A DNA stretch of 64,000 nt from an uncultured Desulfospira sp. (GCA_963663165.1 OY760175.1:3136001-3200000); one strand, 5' to 3'; numbered from the stretch's first letter, positions 19,593 through 30,038 are shown. Made by a program: numbers and translations. Notes: a model not told the origin generated them from the letters alone.

Positions 19593-20123
19593 TTATGGTT
19601 TGATCCGGACAGGGATTCCGGCCACAGTCATGACCACTTTATCAGCGGCAGCGGCCACGGCCTGATTGATAAATCCGGCAAGATCCCGGAACCGCCTTGC
19701 CAAGGCATTCTCGGGAACAATCCCCTGGCCCACCTCATTGGATACCAGAAATACCGGGCACTGGGCGGCTTTAAGTGCCGACACCAATTGGGGAGCATAG
19801 GACATGATTTCCGGATCTTCCTTTCCCTGGGCCATGAGGTTGGCGGTCCAGAGGGTCAGGCAATCCACCACAATCACATGGGCGGTTCTTGAATCGGTTT
19901 CGATCACCCGGTGGATATCAACGGGCTCTTCAACGGTCTGCCAGTCTTCGCCCCTTTCGGCCTGGTGGCGGACCACCCGCTGTTCCATCTCAGCATCGGC
20001 CGGAACCGAGGTGGCTAAAAATAATTTATGATTACCGGAAATTTTATTGGCCGCATCCAGAGCAAACCGGCTTTTTCCGCTCCGGCATCCGCCGATAACC
20101 AGCGTAACTTCACATTTCAGCAT
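19593..20123 (-). CDS. cobU: Adenosylcobinamide kinase / cobinamide-phosphate guanylyltransferase
   Basis: GGCRSGKS, EMEQRVVRHQAER, VDCLTLW, VSNEVGQG and RRFRDLAG motifs. Confidence 0.93.
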   Translation of the reverse strand: MLKCEVTLVIGGCRSGKSRFALDAANKISGNHKLFLATSVPADAEMEQRVVRHQAERGEDWQTVEEPVDIHRVIETDSRTAHVIVVDCLTLWTANLMAQGKEDPEIMSYAPQLVSALKAAQCPVFLVSNEVGQGIVPENALARRFRDLAGFINQAVAAAADKVVMTVAGIPVRIKP

Positions 20124-20156
20124 ATCTTTTCCTTACAGCACGGTTCCGGGATGTGT

Positions 20157-20897
20157 TTAGTTTTCAGAAGAGGGGGCTTCCTCCGGATCGACTTCATGGG
20201 AACCGCCGCCGGAACCCCAGATATCCACAATGGTTCTGTTGCCGGGGTACTCAACGGTTTTATAGTGGGTCACATTAGACAGCTTCTGGGTAATCCGGCC
20301 AAGCCGTTCCGCCTGGCTTTTGATGGCGTTCAATCCCCGGTCCATTATTTTTTCATCATCTCTTTCCAGCAGCAGCAGATCGGAAAACCCGATGATCGCC
20401 TGAAGGGGCTGGTTGATCTCGTGGCAGACCGCACCGGCCATTTCAAGGACCCCCTGAAGCCGTTCTTTTTCCGCGGCGGCTTTCTGCGCGGCTTTTTTCT
20501 GGGAAATGTCCGTATAAATGACAATATTCCAGCCCGTGGGGTTGTCACCGTCCGCGCAATTGATTCTGACATTGGCCGGAAACAGGCTTTGGTCTTTGCG
20601 GCACAGGGTTATTTCATATTCCAGGGTGCCTTTGATGGCAAGGTCACGGTATAGCCACTCCCCGACCTGTTCATACTCCTCCAGGCTTGAGTAAATGATC
20701 CGGACACTTTTTTCCTCAAACTCCTCTTTGGAATCATATCCGAAAATCCGGACCATTTCCTGGTTCACCCACTTGTAAACCCGGTTTTCAACCAGAGCGA
20801 TGCCCACAGGGCAGGTTTCCAGAATTTTTTCCAGGATCAGCTCCTGCTGGCCGATTTTTTCTTCATTCAAAAGGAGCTTTTTGGATTTTTTTTGCAT
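20157..20897 (-). CDS. PAS + HisKA-like protein lacking the HATPase domain
   Basis: PAS domain followed by EMAGAVCHEINQPLQ; ends without the ATP-binding boxes. Confidence 0.8.
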   Translation of the reverse strand: MQKKSKKLLLNEEKIGQQELILEKILETCPVGIALVENRVYKWVNQEMVRIFGYDSKEEFEEKSVRIIYSSLEEYEQVGEWLYRDLAIKGTLEYEITLCRKDQSLFPANVRINCADGDNPTGWNIVIYTDISQKKAAQKAAAEKERLQGVLEMAGAVCHEINQPLQAIIGFSDLLLLERDDEKIMDRGLNAIKSQAERLGRITQKLSNVTHYKTVEYPGNRTIVDIWGSGGGSHEVDPEEAPSSEN

Positions 20898-21085
20898 GTT
20901 TTGCTTCCAACAAATCAATAGTGCTTGTTGAACACCCTGTTTTTATGCCATAATGCCGCGATCAAGCATATTTGGGCAGTATACCAAGTGTTTACCAAAA
21001 TGGATAGTTAATATTACATTAACCTTAAACCAAAATTTTACTTTAACCCAAGCCCGGCCCAACCGGCACCATGGAATGTTTTTTT

Positions 21086-22606
21086 ATGAAATCCATTGAA
21101 GAACTCCCGCTTCTATATGAGATCAGTGAAGCCTTAAACCAGCACATGGACATGAAAAAATCCCTGTTTAAGGTGTTGAGCGTATTGTCCGAATCCCTGA
21201 ACCTGATCCGGGGAATCATTTTCCTGACCAATTCGGAAACCGGGGAGATCCGCATCGAGATTGCCCACGGCATCTCCGAAGAAACCACAAAACAAATCAA
21301 GTACCTTCCCGGAGAAGGGGTTATCGGACAGGTCATTGAAACCGGCAAGCCCGCCGTGGTGCCACGGATCAGCAAGGAGCCGCTCTTCTTAGACAAGACC
21401 CATTCCAGGAACATTGCTGAAGGCCAGGAATACTCATTTATCTGCGTGCCCATTAAAAAAGAAAGCCGGGTGGTCGGGGCCATCAGTGCAGACCGGCCTT
21501 TTGAAGGAAAAGTCTCCCTGAAACAGGGGGAAAAGCTGTTGTCCATTGTGGCCACCATGGTGGCCCACCATGTCATCAACATTGAAACCGTAAGGGTGGA
21601 AAAAGAGCAGTTAAAGACCGAGAACCTGCGCCTTAAATCAGAACTGGAAAACCGGTACAGCTTTACCAACATCATCGGCAACTCCAACAAGATGCGGGAG
21701 GTGCTTCAGATGATCTCTCAGGTGTCTTCATCCTCGGCAACGGTCCTGATCCGGGGGGAAAGCGGTACCGGAAAGGAGCTGGTGGCCAACTCCATCCATT
21801 ACAATTCTTCGAGAAACCATAAGCCCTTTATCAAGATCAACTGTGCCGCCATCCCGGAAAACCTCATTGAAAGCGAGCTGTTCGGACATGAGAAAGGCGC
21901 CTTTACCGGGGCGTCTCACCAGAAAAAAGGCAAATTTGAAATGGCGGACAAGGGGACCATTTTCCTGGACGAGATCGGCAATATGGATCTCGGGGCCCAG
22001 GTCAAGCTGCTTCGGGTCCTCCAGGAAAAGGAATTTGAGCGGGTGGGCTCCTATGAATCCATTAAAACCGATGTGAGGATCGTGGCCGCCACCAACGCCA
22101 ATTTAGAGGAGATGGTCAAACAGGGAAAATTCCGGGATGACCTTTACTTCAGGCTCAACGTCTTTCCCATCTATATTCCGTCGTTGCGCATGAGAAAGAC
22201 CGATATTATCCTTTTGGCCGACCATTTCTTAGAAAAATACAGAAAAGAACACAGCAAGGAAATCAAACGGATCACCACCCCGGCCATTGACATGATGATG
22301 GAGTACCACTGGCCGGGCAATGTCCGGGAGCTTGAAAACTGTGTGGAACGGGCCGTTATCCTGTGCAATGAAGGGGCCATCCACTCTTACCACCTGCCGG
22401 CCACCCTCCAGACCGGCACCAAATCCAAAACCCTGCCCCTGTCTTTGGAAGATGCCGTGGGGAACCTGGAAAAGGAAATCCTCATGGATGCCCTGAAAAA
22501 CACCCGGGGAAATATCAAAAAAGCGGCCAAGCTGATCAATATCACGGTCAGAAAATTTTCCTATAAGGCGGCCAGATACAACATCAACTATAAAGATTAC
22601 CGGTAG
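21086..22606 (+). CDS. GAF / sigma54-interacting AAA+ / Fis-HTH activator (NifA-like architecture)
   Basis: N-terminal GAF domain; [20 protein letters not shown] and WPGNVREL motifs. Confidence 0.9.
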   Translation: MKSIEELPLLYEISEALNQHMDMKKSLFKVLSVLSESLNLIRGIIFLTNSETGEIRIEIAHGISEETTKQIKYLPGEGVIGQVIETGKPAVVPRISKEPLFLDKTHSRNIAEGQEYSFICVPIKKESRVVGAISADRPFEGKVSLKQGEKLLSIVATMVAHHVINIETVRVEKEQLKTENLRLKSELENRYSFTNIIGNSNKMREVLQMISQVSSSSATVLIRGESGTGKELVANSIHYNSSRNHKPFIKINCAAIPENLIESELFGHEKGAFTGASHQKKGKFEMADKGTIFLDEIGNMDLGAQVKLLRVLQEKEFERVGSYESIKTDVRIVAATNANLEEMVKQGKFRDDLYFRLNVFPIYIPSLRMRKTDIILLADHFLEKYRKEHSKEIKRITTPAIDMMMEYHWPGNVRELENCVERAVILCNEGAIHSYHLPATLQTGTKSKTLPLSLEDAVGNLEKEILMDALKNTRGNIKKAAKLINITVRKFSYKAARYNINYKDYR

Positions 22607-22627
22607 AACACGAGGGTGGAGACAGGA

Positions 22628-23194
22628 ATGGGGATAAAATTCTGCAGCGCCTGCGGCGGCAGGGTGGGAAATGAAATTCCGGTGGATGACGACCATATCC
22701 GGGCCGTCTGCACCCAGTGCGGTGCCGTCCATTATGAAAACCCCAAAATGGTGGTGGGCTGCATCCCTGTCCTGGACGATAAAATTTTGATGTGCAAGAG
22801 AAATATTGAACCCCGGAAAGGATTATGGACCCTGCCGGCCGGATACCTTGAAAACGGGGAAACCGTTCAGAACGGTGCGGCAAGGGAAACCCTGGAAGAA
22901 ACCGGGTCAGCGGTTGAAATCATTGCCCCCTACCGGATGTACAACATTGTTTTTGTCCATCAGATCTATCTCATGTTCAGGGCCAGGCTCATGGATAAGA
23001 ACTTTGGTCCCACCAAGGAAAGCTCAGAGATCATGCTGGTGGATGAAGACCATATCCCCTGGGACAATATTGCATTTGAGGTCATCCGAAGAACCTTGAA
23101 AAATTTTTTGGCAGACCGGGAAAAGGGCCTCTACGAGTTTAAAGTCAGGGATCTTTCCCCGCCCCCGGGATGGCGGGAGACTGAAAGGATTTAA
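22628..23194 (+). CDS. Zn-ribbon NUDIX hydrolase
   Basis: CSAC...CTQC, YENPK, Nudix box GYLENGETVQNGAARETLEETG. Confidence 0.9.
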   Translation: MGIKFCSACGGRVGNEIPVDDDHIRAVCTQCGAVHYENPKMVVGCIPVLDDKILMCKRNIEPRKGLWTLPAGYLENGETVQNGAARETLEETGSAVEIIAPYRMYNIVFVHQIYLMFRARLMDKNFGPTKESSEIMLVDEDHIPWDNIAFEVIRRTLKNFLADREKGLYEFKVRDLSPPPGWRETERI

Positions 23195-23283
23195 GGCTGA
23201 AGGCCATGGTCAATCCCATCCCTTCAGCCTTAAATCCATTTTTACACCGGATGTGCGGTTTAATTCATGTTAAGAGTGCAACA

Positions 23284-24111
23284 TCATTGATGCGCCTTCC
23301 TGCGGCGCATACCGACCAGGCCAAGCAGGCCCGACCCGAACAAAAAGATGGCTCCCGGGACCGGCACGGTAGTCAGGTTGTCCATGGCAAAGTAGGCCGG
23401 CGTGTTCATGTTGCGTCCACTCCCATCAGATGATGAGAGTTCAAATTCCAAACCATACACTGACCCCAATCCGGTGAGATCGACCCAGGCCCATTCATCA
23501 AGGATGTAATCCTCACTGCTGTCAGCAAAACGATAGTCAGCCAGGTAAAATTTAACAGAAGCATCCGTTTTTCCATAGTTTTCGTCCAATGCATAAATGG
23601 TCAGCAAAAACCAGTCCTCATCAGTGCCGTCTTCTCCGCCGAATTTTTTGGCATAGGAATCTCCATTCACCATGGAAAGATATGCATAGGTGGTGTTGGT
23701 AACATAAAATCCATCCATTACCTGGGCGTATTCACCGGTGGTATAACCGTTGTATGTCTGGGCACGTTGCCCCCACATAGTCATTGTGAATGCGACGGCA
23801 TAGTTGGAAGACCCGTTTACCCCTCCTCCAGTGATGGCGCTATACTGATTGGGAATCCCTGGTGTAGTCGTATCAGTGGTATTGGAATAGGCAAAGCCTT
23901 CCCACGAATAATAAGCGGCCGCTTCATAATTGGCAAAATAATTATCCCCGCTGATAAAGCCACCGAAAGTTCCGTATCCGGAACCGTCATCGTCACCGTT
24001 CCAATAGCTCTCGGAAGACAACGTCAAGTCCTCAAAAGTTGATACAGCCGCACCGGCAACCGGTGCAACGGCCAGTAAAAAAACCAATACAAGTAATGCT
24101 GTTTTTCTCAT
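23284..24111 (-). CDS. DUF4465-domain exported protein with PEP-CTERM (VPLPA-type) sorting signal
   Basis: Signal peptide; GFAYSN, YVTNTTYAY, FYLADYRF, WAWVDL and TPAYFAMDN motifs; tail VPVPGAIFLFGSGLLGLVGMRRRK. Confidence 0.85.
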   Translation of the reverse strand: MRKTALLVLVFLLAVAPVAGAAVSTFEDLTLSSESYWNGDDDGSGYGTFGGFISGDNYFANYEAAAYYSWEGFAYSNTTDTTTPGIPNQYSAITGGGVNGSSNYAVAFTMTMWGQRAQTYNGYTTGEYAQVMDGFYVTNTTYAYLSMVNGDSYAKKFGGEDGTDEDWFLLTIYALDENYGKTDASVKFYLADYRFADSSEDYILDEWAWVDLTGLGSVYGLEFELSSSDGSGRNMNTPAYFAMDNLTTVPVPGAIFLFGSGLLGLVGMRRRKAHQ

Positions 24112-24613
24112 TTTGTTCTCCTTTTATTTTGTACTTCTAATAAATGGGGTCAAGGTAAATTCCAATTTGATGTATTGACCCCGTTTCGGCTTTCTTGAGT
24201 TTATTAAGCAATATCCCCCAAACTCAAATTAACTGGTTGTTTTGATCAACAGCCCAGCCCTCCGATTCCCGGCAATGTCAAGGGATGAGGGTCAGCGGCT
24301 GTTTGAGCCCGTAACCTGGAATATGATTTAAAATTTGGGGAAATATACTCACTTTAATTTATTTTTTCTCGGACTTTTTTGCTAAATGTCAGCACTTTTT
24401 TGCTATTTATTCACTTTTTCTTCATTTTTTTGCGAATAATCCGATTGTGCGGCGATTTAGGCAGTGCGTAGAAATAAATTGCAGATATTGCGCCGAATTT
24501 TGATTCTTGCTTATTTTCAGCATTAGCTGATTAGATACGACGGTCCGGCGCAAGTGTCAGGTCAAACCAATTCTTTTTGAGCCTGAACCACTTCAGCCTG
24601 GAGGGCTATAGAT

Positions 24614-25528
24614 CTACCGAGTCAGGCAGGATGTAAATTGTTTGAAAATTCGTTTGGAGAACTTTCCGGCCACGGTTTCGTCTTTGATCATGCTCAGGGA
24701 ATCAAAGGGTTTTTTACTCTTTCGAAAGGCTTTGTTCCAGTAGGTTAAGGATTCATAAGAGTCAATAAGGCCGACAAGCTGGCTTTCCCATTCAATATCC
24801 TTACTTCCGTGGGGATAGCCGCTGCCGTCCAGCCGCTCATGGTGCTGGAGCGCCACCAGGGAAACCACATTATCAATTTTAATGTTCTCGGTGATGATTT
24901 TATACCCTGAAAGGGGGTGGGTTTTATAAATCTCGAACTCTTTTTCCGTAAGCCGGTTCTGCTTTTCAAGGATGGCGCTGTCTATCTGAGAAGTTCCCAC
25001 ATCATGGAGCAGCGATGAAAGGCAGGTAATCATGGTCCGGGATTCTTCAAGTTTGTAAAACAGATAAAACTGCAAAATCAGGGCCGTTACATTGACCGTA
25101 TGCTCCACCACCACCTTTGAACTGGCAGACATCTGGGCCAGATATCCCATGACCTGATGGTTTTTATCATAGGCATCCAGCAGAATTTCAATGGTGTCGG
25201 GCAGGGCTTCCATGGTTTTTTCCTGGCCCGGGGTCAGGGCCTCTTCTACAATCATGCAAAGGGCCTTTTTAACTGACAAAAGCCCTTTCCCGGCAATGCT
25301 TTCCTGGAGATGGCGGTTCAGACATGTACTCAACTCCTTCATGGCCGCATCTTTTTCATTGGCCGGAAGGAGAAGTTCGGGCTGGCCGTGTTTTTTGAAG
25401 CGGTCCGGGTCCAGGCGCTCCCCTTCTATTTTGTAAAGGACGGGTTCCCCCTCTTTTTCCGACTTGAGAAATAGGGGTACCTGTTCCAGCAAAAGGGCCT
25501 GGGAGGATTTAACCGGCAAATAGTCCAT
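24614..25528 (-). CDS. HD-GYP domain phosphodiesterase
   Basis: LLHDVG and HHERLDGSGYP motifs. Confidence 0.88.
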   Translation of the reverse strand: MDYLPVKSSQALLLEQVPLFLKSEKEGEPVLYKIEGERLDPDRFKKHGQPELLLPANEKDAAMKELSTCLNRHLQESIAGKGLLSVKKALCMIVEEALTPGQEKTMEALPDTIEILLDAYDKNHQVMGYLAQMSASSKVVVEHTVNVTALILQFYLFYKLEESRTMITCLSSLLHDVGTSQIDSAILEKQNRLTEKEFEIYKTHPLSGYKIITENIKIDNVVSLVALQHHERLDGSGYPHGSKDIEWESQLVGLIDSYESLTYWNKAFRKSKKPFDSLSMIKDETVAGKFSKRIFKQFTSCLTR

Positions 25529-25541
25529 AATCCGTCATTCG

Positions 25542-26213
25542 CTAATCGGCTGTACCGTAAGTTTCAAGGTACGCCTCAATTTTTTTATTCATGGCTTGAT
25601 CCAGCACCACGGTGCCGTTGATCTCTTTATTGAGCAGGACCTGCTTGATATCCGAGATGGTGACAATGGAAAAAATGGGAATGCCCAAGGTCTCTTCCAC
25701 CTCTTTGAGGGCGTTTTTATCTGTCTTTCCCTTTTCCTGGCGGTCGACGCTGATTACAATCCCCTTTACCGGGGGGTTGCCGCAGCTTTTAAGGATCTCC
25801 AGGGATTCCCTTATGGCCTTGCCCGAGGTGATCACATCGTCCACTAAGATCAGCCGGGTGTCGGCTGCCAGGGGCATGCCCACCACAAGGCTTTTGTCCG
25901 CATAGGTCTTGGCCTCTTTTCGATTGTATACATACCCCTTGTCCACCCCTTTTTCCGCCAGGGCCGTGGCCGTTGAAATGCACAGGGGAATTCCTTTATA
26001 TGCCGGGCCATAGATGCCGTCAAAATCTGATCCAAAATGTTCCTGAACCGCCTTGGCATAACAGGCCCCGAGTTTTTTAATTTTCATGCCCGTATCAAAC
26101 ATGCCGGTATTGATGAAATAGGGGGCGATCCGGCCGGATTTCAATTGAAACTCCCCGAACTTCAATGCATTGCACTGGACCAGAAACTCAATAAATTCTT
26201 CTTTGTATGTCAT
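25542..26213 (-). CDS. pyrE: Orotate phosphoribosyltransferase
   Basis: LKSGRIAPYF, GPAYKGIP, YNRKEAK and VDDVITSG motifs. Confidence 0.95.
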   Translation of the reverse strand: MTYKEEFIEFLVQCNALKFGEFQLKSGRIAPYFINTGMFDTGMKIKKLGACYAKAVQEHFGSDFDGIYGPAYKGIPLCISTATALAEKGVDKGYVYNRKEAKTYADKSLVVGMPLAADTRLILVDDVITSGKAIRESLEILKSCGNPPVKGIVISVDRQEKGKTDKNALKEVEETLGIPIFSIVTISDIKQVLLNKEINGTVVLDQAMNKKIEAYLETYGTAD

Positions 26214-26312
26214 GGTACTCCTTATTCAGGCGTTTAGGTGTTTAGACTGAAGGGTATCAATCCGTTTTCAGCCGTCAACCTTCAGCCTTCAGTCTATTTA
26301 CCTAAACACTAT

Positions 26313-27152
26313 TTATGAACACCGCCAGGTCGCATAATCCGCTATGCTGACCGGTTTTCCGGACTTCAGCAGGGCCGTCCGGTTAAAATCCGCCATGGTC
26401 GCCAGGGTGTCGGCGTCAAACACCGGGCCGTCGGCACAGACCAGATGCCCGCCGCAGGTACAAGCCCCGCAGACCCCGAACCCGCATCTCATGTACCGTT
26501 CCAGGGAAACCTGGCATGGAATGCCATGGGCCCTGCAGATCTCAAAGACCCGGTACATCATGATTTCCGGGCCGCAGGCATAGACCATATCCAACGGGTT
26601 GCGGCCGGATTCTTTCCGAAGAACAATCTCCTGTTCCAGAAGATCTGTGACAAATCCTTTGTGGCCCTGGCTGCCGTCATCGGTGCAGATCCTCCGGTCG
26701 CAGTCAAACCGGTCCGGATAAAGGAGAAATTCCCGGGACCTTGCCCCGTGAATCAGACAAATCCCCGGGTCAAGCTGCTCCACAAGGCAGGCCAGCGGCG
26801 CCATGCCGCATCCGCCGGCCACCACCGCCACATCCGGGGACGAAACCATATGAAACCCCTTGCCAAATGGCCCCCGAAACCCCACCAGATCCCCGGGAAC
26901 CAAATCAACCGCCTTTCTGGAAAACAGCCCCTTGGCTTCCACGGTGATGGCGAACCGGTCCGGGGTATGAACACTGATGGTATAGGGCTTTTCGTCAACC
27001 CCGGGAATCCAGACCATAATAAACTGGCCGGGCTGAAAGGAAATGGAATGATTAAAAACCAGGGTGGCAAAGCTGTCGTTATGGACCTGCTTTTCAGCCA
27101 CCCGGACCATGGCATGCCTTAAACGGGCGTTTGTCTGATGTTCCGGATTCAT
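26313..27152 (-). CDS. pyrK: Dihydroorotate dehydrogenase B electron-transfer subunit
   Basis: GPFGKGF, GGCGMAP, ACGPEIM, CGFGVCGAC...C.DGPVF motifs. Confidence 0.93.
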   Translation of the reverse strand: MNPEHQTNARLRHAMVRVAEKQVHNDSFATLVFNHSISFQPGQFIMVWIPGVDEKPYTISVHTPDRFAITVEAKGLFSRKAVDLVPGDLVGFRGPFGKGFHMVSSPDVAVVAGGCGMAPLACLVEQLDPGICLIHGARSREFLLYPDRFDCDRRICTDDGSQGHKGFVTDLLEQEIVLRKESGRNPLDMVYACGPEIMMYRVFEICRAHGIPCQVSLERYMRCGFGVCGACTCGGHLVCADGPVFDADTLATMADFNRTALLKSGKPVSIADYATWRCS

Positions 27153-28063
27153 TTGACCCTCCCGGATTCATGGGCGGCCCCGATAATATTTTCCAAAAGT
27201 TCCCCATGGGATTCAAGCCAGGAATGAATCTCCTGATTCACCTTTGCAAACACATCCATGCCCCGGGACAGGACTGCCGAGCCCATGCCAACCAGGCTGG
27301 CACCGGCCATGAACATTTCCACGGCATCGGCTCCGGTACATATGCCCCCTAAGCCGATGATGGGGATAGAGACCGCTTTATAAATATCATAGACGCACCG
27401 GACGGCAATGGGCCGGATCATGGGGCCGGACAACCCGCCCCGGCCAAAGGCCAGCACCGGCATCCGTGCCTCAATGTCGATAATCATACCGGGTCCGGCC
27501 GTGTTGATGGCGCAGATGGCGTCGGCGCCGGCGTCCTCGCAGGCCTTGGCAATTTTTCCGATATCCGTGGCCTGGGGGGTGAGTTTGGCAATCAACGGAA
27601 CATCAATCACCTGTTTAACGGCAGACACCACCTCGTATGAGGACTTCTCGTTAATCCCGAAAATCATGCCGTGCTGTTCTGAATTGGGGCAGGAAATATT
27701 GATTTCAATGAAATCCGGTTTTTTAGAGGAGACAAACCGGGCCACGGTCCGGTATTCTTCAACCGATCCGCCGTAAATGCTGGCATTTAAAGGAAAGGCC
27801 CGTTTTTCCAGGGCCGCCCATTCCTTTTCCATGTTCTCAAATCCAGGGGAAGGCAGGCCCACGGCATTGATCATCCCATACCCCAAGTTGATCACGGTGG
27901 GGTTTTTATGGCCGTCCCGGGGGTAGGGGCCAATGGACTTCATGGTGGGAAGGCCGCATCCGCTGTCATAAACCCGCTTAAGGCTGTCAAAGCTGGAACC
28001 CAAAACACCTGAGGCCAGGACCGTGGGATTCTTCAATGATTTTCCCAAAAAACGAACTTCCAT
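27149..28063 (-). CDS. pyrD: Dihydroorotate dehydrogenase B catalytic subunit
   Basis: INAVGL, EINISCPN, AKLTP, INT and GGLSG motifs. Confidence 0.94.
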   Translation of the reverse strand: MEVRFLGKSLKNPTVLASGVLGSSFDSLKRVYDSGCGLPTMKSIGPYPRDGHKNPTVINLGYGMINAVGLPSPGFENMEKEWAALEKRAFPLNASIYGGSVEEYRTVARFVSSKKPDFIEINISCPNSEQHGMIFGINEKSSYEVVSAVKQVIDVPLIAKLTPQATDIGKIAKACEDAGADAICAINTAGPGMIIDIEARMPVLAFGRGGLSGPMIRPIAVRCVYDIYKAVSIPIIGLGGICTGADAVEMFMAGASLVGMGSAVLSRGMDVFAKVNQEIHSWLESHGELLENIIGAAHESGRVK

Positions 28064-28240
28064 GACAGATGCGGTTTCCTTTTGGAAAAGCGGTTAGCAG
28101 TTCAATTTCAAATATCGCTGAATAGCCGTTACATAAATCAATTGCTTCTTTTACCATAAAAAAGGGGCTTTATTCCATGCTTTTTCAAGAAGTTCTTAAG
28201 GTCTATTGTCAAAGCACGAATTCTTGATTACCATAGCCCC

Positions 28241-28855
28241 ATGAACCCCAATGAGCCGAATACCCCTAACCGGATCATCCTTTTTGTCAGGGCACCGGAA
28301 AAAGGGAAGGTCAAAACCCGCCTGGCCCGGGATCTTGGAGAAACCAGGGCCCTTGAAATTTACAGACAGATGGCCGAATCCACACTGGCCAAGGCCCAAA
28401 AAGCGTCAAGGGGCCTGACCATCAGTTTCTGCCCGCCGGATCAGCTGCCCCTGGTCAGGGGCTGGCTGGGGAAGGCTTATAATTATTCGCCCCAGAACGG
28501 AAACACCATAGGAGACCGCATGGCCAACGCCCTTGACCGGGAATTCACCACCGGGGCCTTAAAGGCGGTTCTTACCGGCACGGATATCCCGGAGATTCAA
28601 TCGGATCACTTTATCCGGGCATTCAGGCTTTTAGAGCGCCATGACATGGTCATCGGCCCCAGCCTTGACGGCGGATACTGGCTGGTGGGCTTTGCCAGGG
28701 AAGGGTTTACCCCGGCGGTTTTCCAGGGTATTGAATGGAGCACCAATACCGTATTTTCAACCACCCTGGATCTGGCGGAAAAAGCCGATCTCTCCTGGGC
28801 CTGCCTGCCGGTGCTGCGGGATGTTGATACAGCACAGGATCTTGAAAGGATTTAA
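28241..28855 (+). CDS. DUF2064 / TIGR04282-type glycosyltransferase-like protein
   Basis: GKVKTRLA, GTDIP, GPSLDGGYWLVG, WST and DVDT..DL motifs. Confidence 0.85.
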   Translation: MNPNEPNTPNRIILFVRAPEKGKVKTRLARDLGETRALEIYRQMAESTLAKAQKASRGLTISFCPPDQLPLVRGWLGKAYNYSPQNGNTIGDRMANALDREFTTGALKAVLTGTDIPEIQSDHFIRAFRLLERHDMVIGPSLDGGYWLVGFAREGFTPAVFQGIEWSTNTVFSTTLDLAEKADLSWACLPVLRDVDTAQDLERI

Positions 28856-28965
28856 AAAAAGGGGGGCCGGGCCTTCTCAACTGACCGTTTTAAAAACCCA
28901 TGCCGCAATACTGTTGTCAATACATTTCACTTGATCAAAAGGAAGAACCATTGTAGGTTTTCTTT

Positions 28966-29146
28966 TTATATGAAAGTCTCACTAACATCTTGAGAAGACT
29001 TTCATTATTTGTTGTGGGCGGTTCTTGGTTGGATAACCAAGGCGGCCCGTGGCCGTTATATGAAAGTCTCAGCAACAAGCTAAAAAAGCTTTCATTTTTC
29101 GTTGTGGGCCGATGCTTGATTGGATAACCAAAGGCGGGCCGTGACT
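28966..29146. repeat. Two tandem ~90 bp palindromic repeat units
   Basis: Unit TTATATGAAAGTCTC...GACTTTCAT...GGGCGGTTCTTGGTTGGATAACCAAGGCGGCCC; recurs at 41578-41661 and partly at 58802-58860. Confidence 0.85.
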
Positions 29147-29221
29147 ATGATAAGGATTGCTCTTTTAGAACCATTACAATCCGGAAAAATACGATAACTT
29201 AGGGTAGAAATAAGACCAATC

Positions 29222-29953
29222 ATGAGCTTAGCAATAATTCCTTCCAGATACGGATCAAAAAGATTCAAGGGGAAACCCCTTGCCCTGATAAAAAACAAAC
29301 CAATGATTCAATGGGTTTATGAACAGGCCAAAACAGCAAAAACGATTAATCAGGTAGTTGTGGCCACGGATGATGACAGGATATTTAAAACCGTTCAGGC
29401 CTTTGGCGGCCAGGCGGTTATGACATCGACAAATTTGAGATCAGGCACGGACCGGGTGGCCGAGGCCGCAAGCCTGCTGAAAGCTTCACCTGAACAGGTT
29501 ATCATCAATATCCAAGGAGATCAGCCCCTGTTTAATCCTGACTGCTTAGATCAAATGACGGCACCATTTAAAAATGATCCGGACCTGCAAATGTCCACCC
29601 TTGCTTTTCAAATAGTTGACAAAAGTGAAATAACCAATCCAGATGATGTAAAGGTGACATTTGACAAGAATGGCATGGCACTCTATTTTTCCCGATCCCG
29701 GATACCATTTCCCAGGGATAATGATCCTGATGCTGTTTTTTATAAACACTTGGGATTTTACGCCTATAAGAAAAAATTTCTTGATGCCGTATCGAACCTT
29801 GAAAATACATATCTTGAAAAGATTGAAAAATTAGAGCAGCTGAGAGTTTTGGAACACGGCTATAAAATAAAAGTTGTTATCACAGAGCATGATTCTCTCA
29901 GCGTTGACAAACCAGAGGACATAGAAAAGATTGAAAAAAAATATTTTGCATAG
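29222..29953 (+). CDS. kdsB: CMP-Kdo synthetase
   Basis: IPSRYGSKRFKGKPLA, SGTDR, QGDQP, YFSRS and LEQLRVL motifs. Confidence 0.95.
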   Translation: MSLAIIPSRYGSKRFKGKPLALIKNKPMIQWVYEQAKTAKTINQVVVATDDDRIFKTVQAFGGQAVMTSTNLRSGTDRVAEAASLLKASPEQVIINIQGDQPLFNPDCLDQMTAPFKNDPDLQMSTLAFQIVDKSEITNPDDVKVTFDKNGMALYFSRSRIPFPRDNDPDAVFYKHLGFYAYKKKFLDAVSNLENTYLEKIEKLEQLRVLEHGYKIKVVITEHDSLSVDKPEDIEKIEKKYFA

Positions 29954-30038
29954 ATTCTTACGCCATTTTCATGAAGCATGTATTTTCTAAAAACAAAAAC
30001 CAGACCGATCGAATAAACCCCCTGATCAAAAGCAACCT

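Noticed and set aside
21086..22606. Naming this gene nifA
   Set aside because: The GAF-AAA-HTH architecture is shared by many deltaproteobacterial activators, and no nif genes are present here.
24150..24350. Cobalamin riboswitch or 6S RNA upstream of the DUF4465 gene
   Set aside because: The B12 box and other conserved motifs seen at 62391-62571 are absent, and the usual 6S gene context is missing; kept only as an unassigned structure.
28966..29146. CRISPR array
   Set aside because: Only two ~90 bp units, no constant repeat with unique spacers, and no cas genes.
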